A stretch of 64,000 bases of DNA from NCBI GenBank assembly GCA_047495785.1, contig JBLDXI010000029.1, forward strand, positions 2,480,001 to 2,544,000, given 5' to 3'. Source of the DNA: Lepidodermella squamata. Its lineage: Eukaryota; Animalia; Gastrotricha. Within the stretch, counting starts at the first letter, position 1, and the number at the start of each line of letters is the position of its first letter. The position numbers and the translations under genes are program-made. This document shows, in pieces, positions 32,852 through 44,400 of the stretch. The notes under the pieces were generated by a model. It searched no databases, had not been told where the DNA came from, and worked only from the letters and a program-made list of their open reading frames with translations.

Positions 32852-34722
32852 ATGGAACAAGGCATCGTGGTTACTCCGTTAACCTTGAAACAACATGATT
32901 ACTCGCCACCTCCTGCCCCAATTAGCCAGATACCCGACCTAAACTGGTTCGCAATGCTGCTCCTACCCATACCCGTGTGGATTTTCTTCGGCAACTTGAC
33001 CGTTCTAGTCGTAATAGCTGAAAACCTGTCGCTAAGGCGGACTTGGTCCAACAAAATAATCTTCTCGTTAGCATTGACTGATATGACAATATCGGTCATA
33101 GTTATGCCTTTCGCAGCTATAGGCCAGGTAAGATATTTTCGAATATATAGCCTCAAATTTCAAAATTAATTTGAAAAAATCGAATGATATTTTTTCCTAC
33201 ATTAATTTTCAAATTTTTTCCAGTTGTGCAATGGCTACTGGCCCTTCGGATTCGGAGTCTGTGCATTCCACGTCATTTCAGACGTCTATTTTTGCTCCGC
33301 ATCAATCATGCATCTACTGCTAATAGCCGTAAACCGATACGCGGCCATCGGCTGGCCGATCAGCTATCGAAGGGTCAATATGGCAGTCGGTCTTCAGGCC
33401 TTACTCCTATCGGGCGTATGGTCCATACCTTTACTCATCGCTGCTCCCCTAGCTATTCACATTTTTTTCAACCCCGAGGTAAATTTCCCACGACATTTTG
33501 ATAAACAAAAATTGGAATTGTGTGGTTTCATTTTCAGGGTATTTATAAGGAGGGTCACTGTGATATCTTCTACAACGCATTTATCCTATACGGGTCAATT
33601 TCCACATTTTATTTCCCGCTAATCATCATGATCGCCGTCGACATTCGTTCTTTCTTCCTCCTTAAAGAGAAAAACAAGGCTAGCAAACGCCTAAAATCGA
33701 TCGTAATTCACGTCGGCCTCGAAAAGATGGTCAGTCAAACGGGGCTAACTAGCTTGAGGAAATCGAAAATCTTAGACAGACTCCGATCTTGTTTCTCAAA
33801 ACGCCCATCGAATGACGAGGCGAAAACTAACGACAGCGTTTTTGATAATGAAGAAAACGCAGCTAGCACTGCGAATCACGACGACTCATTAACTATCAAC
33901 TCAAGCTACCTCCTACCCAGAAACTCTGTGGCTAACCCGGCTGAAAATCGGAGTCAATTATCGCCGATGTATCGAGCTAGTAGTTGTCCGCAATATTTAG
34001 TCGAAAGCGAAAAGAGTAGCCAGGATCAACAGAAGAAATTTTGCACAACGCCCAGGAAGAGCCGGCAAGAAACGCTGCGGACGTCTGTCATCTCAATTTC
34101 GTCAGTAATGGGTCCGTTCAAAAAGTTTATCAAAAGACAACGCGCGGAAACTGCCTTGTTAACTGTTTTCATCGTTTTCGTGATTTGCTGGATGCCATTT
34201 TTCACGATAAACATCCTTCAAACGATGGTGCCTTTGATCAAGCAACAAGGCGCGCTATTCATGGCATTTGTCTGGCTAGGATACTGCTCGTCTGGTTTAA
34301 ACCCTATCATCTACCCAGTTTTCAATAGCGAATATCGGAAATGTTTCATGAGAACTTTTGGCCGTGCAAACGAACGGCGCTCTGGTTCGTATAATCAAGG
34401 TGATCGAAATCCTCGAGCCGTAAGTGGCAGTCAGTTATCCGGTGCTGGTAGCAAGTTGAGCGACAGTAAAGCCGATGAACAACCCGAAAACGACTCTTCT
34501 AGTCAAGATTTAACTCCAACTATTTCTCAGCCCCACAATGACGGTTTTCCTGCCTCAATGTCACGATCCATGTCTGCTCTTGCGATTAAAAGCGATGAAA
34601 ACATACCTAACGAAGCTCCAGTTGTTCAAGAAACACTGGAAGCTATTATCACAGAAGGCAATACCAGCGTAAATTTAATCGATGAATCTGATTGCGATTT
34701 GGAGAAAGTTATAGAAGTCTGA
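32852..34722 (+). CDS. Aminergic class A GPCR, 5-HT2-like (exons 32852-33127, 33224-33478, 33538-34722)
   Basis: GN (TM1), SLALTD, TM3 Asp in SDVYFCSASIMHL, NRY in place of DRY, CWMPFF, WLGYCSSGLNPIIY. Confidence 0.9.
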
Positions 34723-35325
34723 ATTTTTTATCGGAGATATTCTAGTTTTGTATTTAAAAATTCATTGTGAGAAAATCATAATTTTTGCTGAAAATAAATA
34801 CAGATAATGTTATGCGTGTTGAATCCCATGCAATACGTGAGTGTCGCCTCGTAGTAAGAAAAACACGTACCCCACGTCACAAGTCTTTTTATGCTACAAT
34901 AACGCAGCTTGGTGTTGGCGTAAAATCTCCATAAAAACTGACTGTGTGGCGTTTATATGAAGAAAATGAGCTAACAGCTTACGTGAATCATTCGAGCGCA
35001 TAAATATCAGCGGAACGGGCAAGTTTTAGGTTAAAAATAAAGTAAGGCTGTTACTTTCCAAGGAATAATAAACTAATTTTACACGCGACAACAAGTAATT
35101 TCCCGCGATAGCATTCAAAAATGCCTTTCAACAGCTAGAATCAGGGAAAAATGAAAATTTCCAGAACTTATTGCTTATTTCAATTTCCTTTATTTATTTA
35201 CTAATTAAGATGATTCGAACCAAAACTCATGCACGGGTACAGCGCAAACATATGACCCAAAATTGCACATGCCTCAATAGTGGAGTGAATGCAGCAGTCA
35301 TCGATTGTGCGAGTATGCCTGAATA

Positions 35326-35370
35326 GCGTCCTTAGCAACAATGCGGCACGCAACCCATGCGCCTAGCAAC
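35326..35370 (+). promoter_or_regulatory. Two RFX X-box-like sites
   Basis: gcgtccttagcaac and tgcgcctagcaac 90-130 nt upstream of a probable ciliary gene. Confidence 0.55.
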
Positions 35371-35458
35371 TGAGCGTTTGCAAGCGAATTTCTTCGCGTG
35401 TATTGCTGCATTTAATATATAGCTCATAGTATTTTACATTTGTAGTAAAGCCTTCAAC

Positions 35459-36899
35459 ATGTCAGGATCGGAGAACCCGTTAACCGGCGCCGATAACAAA
35501 TATCTGCAGGAAAAATTGGGGACAGCTCTAATTGAAGGTCTCGCTGAAATTTGCGAGCGAGTTCCACGAGACCCGATCGAATACCTAGCCCGTTGGTTGC
35601 TTCACAAAGCTAAATTAGAGCGCCAAGCAGCCGATGATGCCAAACGTCTGGAAGAATTACAGCGTTTGTTAGAAGAAGCTGACGCCGAACGTTTGCGGGA
35701 GGCAAATCGATGGGCTGAGCAGAAGAAGATTATGGAGGAAGATGCCCGGAAACGACGAGAAATGGAGGCAGAAAAGCGGCGAAAGCAACAACTCATGGAC
35801 GCTATGAGACGCCGAAACGAGAAAGAGTGGCGACAAGACATTATGCAATACGCAGATTTAACATCACAAGAAATAACAGTAGATGGAACTCGAACAATCA
35901 TTTCGAAGGCCAACCCTGATCTGGTGACCAAAACTGACGAGGAAATCGTCGAGGTAAGACTTTCGCTCAATGCCAAAATTGCGGCTCAATTTTCTTTCAT
36001 AGGAGTGTGATATGAATAAAGACGGAGTCATTTCGTACGAAGACCTGCGAACCTACTTGGCAGAAAAATTCAAAATTTCAGTCGCGCCGTGGGAATCTGG
36101 TCACGTGCCTACCTTGCAGCGTTTGGCTGAGGAGGACGAGTCGGCCGACGGATCGCGTGACGCACGTGGTCGGACAGAGCTGCATCGCTGGGCGACTCAA
36201 AATACACCGAACGCAGGCGAGATGATCGAGAAATTGATCGCCGATGATAATGCCAACTTGATGGACCGCGACGCCGAAGGTCTGACCCCTCGAGAACTCG
36301 CTCAAAACGAAGGAGTCCTTGACAATGTTCAACAAATCGATCGCCTCGTATTAAAATGGATCTACGATGCCGTGGAGAAAGGTCAAACTGATATGCTCGA
36401 AAGTCTCATTTTCAACGGATATTCCTGGTTTCCTTCTGCGAGCGGCTTAGCAGAGACTGACATGTTCACTGCTGAGCAGATAGAATCATTTGGCCAATAC
36501 GTAGAGGAGGTTCAGGGCAAACGAGCTTCCTTCTTCCAAGCGGTTTCAGAAAACAACGTCGCCAAGGTCGAGGAGATGTTGAACGCTGACAGGAAACTGA
36601 TGAATGCGCGTGATTCTCGTGGATTGAGCGCCCTCCATATGGCCATAGTAGACAAAAAGCCAGAAGTTATCAAATTCTTGCGCATGACTTTTGCTTCGGC
36701 CATGAATACTCGAGACGCATTCGGTCGATCGCCGATCAACTTGGCTCAGTCGATTGCCGATGAGTCAGAACGCGACATCATCACTAAGCTACTGACAGGG
36801 CAGAGTGTCACGTTCGCTGAAGGCACTCCAGCTGTTCAGCAAGGCGAAGGCGCGGAACAGCCTGCCGCAGAGCAACAAGACGAAGAAGCAGACGAATAA
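35459..36899 (+). CDS. DPY-30 domain (DYDC-like) + coiled coil + EF-hand + ankyrin repeat protein (exons 35459-35953, 36003-36899)
   Basis: YLQEKLGTALIEGLAE...PRDPIEYLARWL; spliced EF-hand ECDMNKDGVISYED; ankyrin motifs GRTELH, GLSALH. Confidence 0.88.
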
Positions 36900-38141
36900 T
36901 TATATGAATGATCATTTATCTTGAACTCTAGATTCTTATACGATCTGTCAATCGGGAGATATTCGCATTGCTGCTATAAGCTAGACTTTTTAAATAATCA
37001 ATCGCATTAATTTTATGCCATTAAATAAATATCGTGTACAATTTAAATAACATGTTCAGCTTCAACCGGCAGAAGGCTAAGTCTTAACTCATGATCATGA
37101 CGTGATCATGGCGACACAAAAACAGCAGACGGCAGAAGATATTACCGCCTTACTATCAGTTAATGCAAATAAATAAATAAGTTGCTGGAAAAAAGCTGCC
37201 GAATATATTAGATGTTAGTAGATAGGCGACTGGATCATCGTTAGTAGTTAGCAAACCAGGTCTAAGCCTTCCTTGAGCGTTGGCGCGTTATTTTCTTTGC
37301 TAGTTCGGCTCGATAACGAGAATTTCATTCCGCAATACCTAGGAGAGATCCTTGATTCACGTTAAAGTGCAAATCAGGTAAAGTCAACAGCATAAATAAA
37401 AACGAACACGGGCGGGTGTGACCGACAAGTTACAGTAAAGTGAATAACATCGACCAAGCAAGTTTTCGCACACCGAAGTACATACTTTGTCCATTAGTTT
37501 GTCGGTCCCGTCCACCAGGAAAACAACAACGTGGGCTTTTCTATTCCGATGAATTTAGCCGCTGCAGAGTTCAGCCGGTGTGTTGGGAAAAGAGAGGAGG
37601 GAGCCAACAACATGAACTAAGAAACAATAAAACCGAAGGGAACGAGAGCGCGAAATTATTCAAAAAAATAGCGCGCTACCTTCACTTTACATTTTTGTTA
37701 GGGAAAATAAATATTTAAAAAATATTATTAATTTGTAAAGCAAGATTTTAAATTAGGGTCCACTTCGCGACGTTGCCGAACCGGGCCGCTCCGGGCTGGC
37801 TCTTGTGTTGTCTGTTTTCGGGTGTTTGTTTCGTCTCGAGAGGAGTTTTTCTTCCTAGTTCTTTCTCCTTCCCCTCTCATCTTCCATGATGATTTTCCCA
37901 ACGGAGCGCGTAATGCTGCTGTGGTTAGAAACGAGGAAACTTCCGTGAAGCACATCGAATCTTCTCCCTTGTTTCTTGGCTGAGCTCGTGTTGAGTGATA
38001 CGTATAGTCTCTGCAGTGGCGTAGATAAGGGGTCTCTGGTCTCTGGCCCGAAAGCTTTCTTTGGATTTCAAAAAAACTCAAGATACATTTTCATCGAATT
38101 TTTATAGAGTAGCTGCTAATCTGATATTTTAACCCTCAGCA

Positions 38142-39971
38142 ATGATACACGAGCTTCTAATGGCATTGAATGGCTGGCCCGGCGACATGTTCAAAGAAAA
38201 AGTTGCTAACAACGGGCACGTCTCAGTTTCTTATTGCGGAATGGACTTCAGCACGAATGAAAACAATGCCTTGTTAGGATCAAGCTGTACTCTTCTGCAC
38301 AAAGAATTATGTTCTTTAGCTGCTAACGTTTATCGTATTAAACGGTTTATTACTGAAACGAAGCAAAAGTCGAAGCAAGACAGTATTTATTCATCTCAGC
38401 TGGCTGTGGCATTTTCATGCTTCTTACGAGATGATTATGAACCGACCCTCGCTCGAATAGAAAAAGAATATCTGTCCTGCATCGCCATGTCAATCACGCC
38501 CCTTTCATTACTTGCTGAAATAGGGCAGTACTCTGATGCTCTTCGCAGTTTTGCTGAAATTCTCAATCTCGTTTCGGATGGAGTTCCTGTTTTAAATTCT
38601 GCTTGGCAAGTATATTGCAAGCTTGATACTGGAGTTGATTCGCCATCATCTAAAGCTGTTCAAAATGTTTTGTTGATACTAGCCACTCCATTTTTGAATC
38701 AACTGGAAGAGTGGTTAAACAACGGTTTGATATCTGCTGACAGAGATCCTTGCAGCGAGTTCTTCATTGAGAAACAAGGTGAATTGCGTAGCGAACGCTT
38801 GCCTCCATTTATCGACTTGACTACCGCAAATAAGGCGATTGCTGTTGGCGAGTTACGTCGCGAGTTACAAACTAAGAGACACTCTTCATTCGAATTGATC
38901 AGAGGTTTGCGTCGCCATGTCAATTTTGGAGACGAGCTACCCCGATTAATCGCAAGTGCTATTGCGAAAGCTCATACTTTGGCCAACCATGAAATGGCTG
39001 TGCAATTGATCTCAGCCGGTGCTCTTCGTCTAATCGCTCAATGCTGTGAGCTGTCTTTCATGAATCGTGGTGAACTCTTTTCTACATGGCTATTGTCTCC
39101 GCCAGTAAATCACATTCTGCGAACAAATCACTCTGAAGCACCTCATCATCAAGTCAGTAACGAGAAATTCGCTTCTGTACTAAGTTCAGAACTAAGAATC
39201 GCAGCTCAGCGTTTATATACCGCACTGAAGCACGAAACTCTAAATGCGTCGTTGGACAGTATCCATTTCGAACTTGAATCTTTGAATTCTAATGATCTGC
39301 CTCGATTTAAAGCCACGTTATTTCCCGTTGTTACAATTCCTCCAGGCTTGGCTCGTGTGTTTTCAGCTGAAGCTGTTCAGCAGTATAAGTCAGTCTTCAA
39401 TTACATACTCAGCATTCGGCTTGCTTCGTCTGCACTGAATACCGCTTGGTCGAATTTAGTGACATCAAGGCGGGGAATTAAAGGACGTCATCAACAGAAA
39501 TGGGTAGATGAAACTAGAAATACGTTTGCTCAGATGGCTCGAATGTCTCGTGCTCTTGGTGCCTTGGAAGAACATGCCTTCCACGTTATTCGAGTTCAGA
39601 AAGAGGAGTTTTTGAACGCAGTTCGATTCTTCGAAAATCCCGACGCCAGTGAATCGAAAACTCAGGATTGTGATAGTTTTGTTATGGCACATGCTAAAAT
39701 GGTTTGTAAAGTCGCTTATGAACTCGTGCGGCCAAGTCAAAATTACCAATTGCGAATGTCATTGATCTCGTGTGTGCTCAAAGCCACAACCCCGGTTTCG
39801 TCTTCCGGTGACCGAAATCTGCTCAACGTCTCAGAGTTTGATAAATTTGCGCCTTTGCTCAATTTGCTGTTACGCCAGCAGACCATGATTTTGGGCTCAA
39901 TGAGCATTTTGCCTCTCCACAGCCTACTTCTTTCCATGGATTTTAATGAATTTTACGCCAAACAACAATAG
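38142..39971 (+). CDS. TUBGCP4: Gamma-tubulin complex component 4, divergent, intronless
   Basis: N-terminus MIHELLMALNGWPG, LEEWL..G...DPCSEFFI, LPPFI, C-terminus LLLSMDFNEFY. Confidence 0.85.
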   Translation: MIHELLMALNGWPGDMFKEKVANNGHVSVSYCGMDFSTNENNALLGSSCTLLHKELCSLAANVYRIKRFITETKQKSKQDSIYSSQLAVAFSCFLRDDYEPTLARIEKEYLSCIAMSITPLSLLAEIGQYSDALRSFAEILNLVSDGVPVLNSAWQVYCKLDTGVDSPSSKAVQNVLLILATPFLNQLEEWLNNGLISADRDPCSEFFIEKQGELRSERLPPFIDLTTANKAIAVGELRRELQTKRHSSFELIRGLRRHVNFGDELPRLIASAIAKAHTLANHEMAVQLISAGALRLIAQCCELSFMNRGELFSTWLLSPPVNHILRTNHSEAPHHQVSNEKFASVLSSELRIAAQRLYTALKHETLNASLDSIHFELESLNSNDLPRFKATLFPVVTIPPGLARVFSAEAVQQYKSVFNYILSIRLASSALNTAWSNLVTSRRGIKGRHQQKWVDETRNTFAQMARMSRALGALEEHAFHVIRVQKEEFLNAVRFFENPDASESKTQDCDSFVMAHAKMVCKVAYELVRPSQNYQLRMSLISCVLKATTPVSSSGDRNLLNVSEFDKFAPLLNLLLRQQTMILGSMSILPLHSLLLSMDFNEFYAKQQ

Positions 39972-40081
39972 CGCGCACGCTTTTTCAATTTCGCTGAGAC
40001 TGCACTTGTTTTAATAAACAACAACATTATTATAACATTGAAAATTGTTGTTTTCGCCTCTAGTCGTTTTAATTGTGCATA

Positions 40082-41248
40082 ATGGCCTCAAGAATTATTC
40101 TTCGACGTCTTAGCGGCTCCGCCTCAAGATTTTTACGCCCAACTCAGGCTCACTTTTTGAGTGCCCCGGTAAATCAAACCGTGCTATATCAAACTCGGCA
40201 ATACACCGGCGACTCGTTGCCATGGAACACTGTTATTCTCTTCGTGCCGCAGCAGGAGGCCTGGGTCGTCGAGCGAATGGGTCGATTTTCTGAGGTTTTG
40301 AAGCCGGGTGTTAATATTCTTATTCCTTTTATCGACCGCGTCGCTTACGTGCAAAGCTTGAAAGAAATCGCAATCGATATCCCGCAGCAAAGTGCAATTA
40401 CTATGGACAATGTTACCCTCAACATTGATGGTGTTCTCTACCTTCGCGTTACCGATCCTTACAGGGTGAGTTTATGTAAAAAACTTGATGACCTGATTGG
40501 GTGCAAACTTAGTTTACCGAGGAAAAATTCGCAACGCATTTGTTCTTACTTTTAGGCGAGTTACGGTGTTCAAGACCCCGAATATGCCGTTACTCAATTG
40601 GCTCAGACAACGATGCGAAGCGAAATTGGCAAATTGACTCTGGACACGGTTTTTCGCGAGCGCGAACACCTTAACGCTAGAATTATTGATTCGCTGAATA
40701 AAGCATCGGAAGCCTGGGGCATCGACTGTTTGCGTTACGAAATTCGCGACATGAAATTGCCGGGCCGTATTCAGGAGGCGATGCAAAGCCAGGTTGAAGC
40801 TGACCGCAAGAAACGAGCTGCCATTTTGGAATCCGAGGGTGTTCGCGAGTCGGAAATCAACGTCGCTGAGGGTCGTAAGCAGGCGCGAATTCTTCAATCC
40901 GAGGCTCAAAAGCAGGAAGAAATCAACCGAGCCCTTGGTGATGCTGAGGCCTTACTAGCCCGCTCGAAAGCCAAAGCGCTTTCTCTTGGATTGATTGCGA
41001 ACGCGGTAAATTCCGAGAAGGGTCAAAGCGCTGTTTCTTACGTTATAGCCGAGGAGTACATTAAAGCCTTTTCTGGCCTGGCTCAGAAGGGCAATACAAT
41101 GTTGATTGGTTCTGACGCGGGCAATGCATCGCAAATGATTGCAAAAGCAATGGCGATTTACAAAACGGTGGATAACAGTAATATGGGATCACAAGTTCCG
41201 CAGGAAAACACTGCTGATTCAACTACTAAAAGCGAATCGAAGCCCTAA
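40082..41248 (+). CDS. STOML2: Stomatin-like protein 2, mitochondrial (exons 40082-40465, 40556-41248)
   Basis: Arg-rich presequence; FVPQQEAWVVERMGRF; ASYGVQDPEYAVTQLAQTTMRSEIGK; CLRYEIRD. Confidence 0.96.
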
Positions 41249-41491
41249 AACTCGTCGAAGCTAGATTTTTATTTCGAAAAATTGAAAATTTTGATTCAAG
41301 TCAATTGTGGCATGTGTGATAAAACTCTCGTTAACCAACCTCCTTGAATTTTTTCTAGATAATTTAGAATAGAGATTTTATGGTTTGATCGAGCCGAATC
41401 AAAATTTTCAAAAAATGTGTTGAAAGCTTTGTATTATCTCGCCGCGTAAAACTGCTGCTATCGTTCTATCGAATTGGTTGTGTTGGAGAGA

Positions 41492-44400
41492 ATGAGCGAG
41501 GAAGTCGCCGAAACGGCGGAACCTGTCGCAAGTGCTGCTGCAGAACCGGTTGATTCCGATGAGATTCTGATTGAAAGTCTCGAAGCTAATGAGAGTGATG
41601 AGGACCAATCGAATTCTGATCCTGGCTCTGCTGATTCGACGCCGAAAGAGAGCCCGCGAAGTCCGAGGGAAGAGCGACCGATGGATCCGGCAGTCATTTG
41701 CCAGGTAATTTATAATTTCATTCAATAAAATATTCCGGTGAAAAAAATTGTTTGTGAACATTTAGGATGGCAAAATTTGAATACAAATTTATATGAAATT
41801 TTAAAGAAAAGTGTACAAATAATATAGGGTTTTAGATAAAATATAAAAATAAAAAATTATTAAAAAAAGAGAAAAATTTCCAGTTTCCATCGCGAAATTG
41901 CGAAACAGTCCGCGAATTTTAGGTTGCGGTAGTTTTACAGTAGCTCTACTGGTTAAGGTCTTACACATAATGCAAATATGAGCACTTTCAAGTGCATTTT
42001 ATACTATAAATTAATTTCTCACGTTCTTCTAAGCATGTAGGCAAAATGTTAGCGTTTAACGTTAGTACTTATTCAATGTTAAAATTAAATTTTGCCTAAA
42101 TGCAATCTCACTCGGATTTCACGCATCTGGTATTTACTGCTCGGATTATTTGATTTTATCTAATTTTTTAAAACAGGCCTGTCTAATTGGTGATATCGAT
42201 GAAGTTCGAACGTGTTTACAAAACTCGACCGCTGCAAATTGTACCGACTCGGAAGGCAGGACGCCTCTCCACGCGGCCGCCTATAGTGACGAGCCTCAAA
42301 TTGTTCACTTACTCATCAGTGCGGGGGCCGTTGTCAATGCCCGGGATCGGTCACTCCTGACTCCTCTACACCGAGCGTGCAGTTCAAAAGCGCATGAAGT
42401 TGTGAGCCAGCTAATCGCGTCTGGGGCTGATTTGAATCGGAAAGACAAATATTGGCAAACTCCGTTGCATATAGCCGCTATTTCTGGCGCGGTAACTTGC
42501 GCCCGGTTCTTGCTAAAAGCCGGTGCTTTGCCGGACGAGCGTGACTGTAGCGGTCGAACGCCGCTTCATCTAGCAGCGTCGCTAACAACCCGAATCGAGT
42601 CGTCTGGCGATTTGTGTAAATTGCTGATTGAAAAAGGCCGAGCGTCGCTGACCGTTCGCGACAATCTCGGCCGGCATCCTATTCATTACGCCGCTGTTTC
42701 GGGTAATTCGCAGTCGTTCAAAGTGCTATGCGAAGCTGGCGCCCGGTTGGATGTTAGCGATTCGGAGCTCTTTATGCCGATTCACTGCGCGGCTTTGTGC
42801 GGCTCGTCGGTTATTTTGTCGCAGATTATTCGAGCTGGTTTGGTAGCGCAACCGCAGTTTTCGCATCAAATTGAGGCGCTGGCTCAGGGTGACCAGACAC
42901 CTCTGCATCTAGCTGCTGCAGGTGAGTGAAATTATTATTTGAATTTTTCAATAATTTTTGAAAGTCGTTTTCCGTGAAATATATTTTTGAAAAATTTAGC
43001 GAATTAGAAATGCTATTTTATGAAATTTCCCAAATTTTCCGGCGACTCGCAATAAGCGCGACCTAAAAAGGAAAATTCTTGGCTTTCGCTATGCTCTGAA
43101 TGAATTTCTCATTTCAAATTTCATAGTTTTTGGTAAAACCCTTTTTACACTTATTTCAGGTCATTATTCAATATCTCTGGCTCAATCAGAAATTCTTGAA
43201 TTGGAAAGTTGTTTGATAACTAAATCCCAGCCTAAAATATATAGACTCTATCTTCAAGCTAAATACCTCATGTTTCTATTGTTTTTTGTATTTTTATAAG
43301 GTGGGTACATTGACTGTATCCAGAGTCTACTGCAAAGCGGCGCCGATCCTGAGATTCAGAACGCAAGAGGCGCAACACCGGTTCACTATGCCGCTGCGGC
43401 TACTCTAGGATACGACTCGCTAGCTCTGCTAATGAAAGCCAGCAGCCAGCCTCACAAACTCGCAGTTATGGCCGACTCACAGGGCCGAACTCCGATCCAC
43501 TTCGCCGCGTTTTACGGCAACTTTGAAAGGCTGAAAAGCCTGCTTCGAACAACGTTGGATGGTCAGGAAAACTGCACGTGTCCAGACGATCTCGTATGCG
43601 AACATCGAGCGAAATACGCCCTGCAAAAGGATAACTTCGGCCTGGAACCAATGCATTACGCCGCATCTCAGGGCAACACTTATATTTGCGATTTATTAGC
43701 TCGTTTCTACCAATTTGACGCGAAAAATGAATCTGGGCCGTTGGCGAAGGCAAACAGAGATTGCTGTAACGCTTTCCCGTTGCTACTAGCCGCAGCATCA
43801 GGCTCGGCTGAGTGTTGCCGGGTCTTGTTGGGCGTATTACCGAAAACGGTGAAAAACTTGGATTTAATTCAGGATTCACTCGGGCGGAACAGTTTTCACG
43901 CCGGGTGTTACAGCGGCTTCCCCGGGGTTATCGAGCTACTAGCCGGGTCTCATTATTTCGCCGATTTCAACCGCGGCTGCTCCGCGTTTTCCGGCTGGGC
44001 GCCGATTCACTTCATCGCCTCGTCGAGAAAACGCCGTTTCGCAGCTGATAGCATCAAAACCCTGATTGACCAAGCCGGCGACCTGGTCGATCCGAACCAG
44101 TGTGATAAAGAGGGCCGAAGTGCGTTGATGATAGCCGCGGCGCTTGACGACTCGGCTAACCCGAGTGTTTTCAACTCGTTGATAAGTTTTGCGAATGCCG
44201 ACCCGTTGACGTTGGATGTTGAGTCGCGGTCGCTGCTGCACTACGCCGCGGGTAATTCGAACGGCTGTGCCGGAAATGGCGCTGGAAATGGGCCATTTGA
44301 GCGTTGCGCGATTTCACGCGTCCTTGCGTCGCCGTCGACTGAAAACAGCGGCAGTGTAGCGCCACCGGGTGGTAATAGCAATAGCGGGGAGTCGTGCCTG

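Noticed and set aside
37750-38060. GC-richer block upstream of TUBGCP4, considered as U3 or telomerase RNA
   Set aside because: Only a short agactatac match and one ttaggg; no ordered box or template structure. An Infernal search would settle it.
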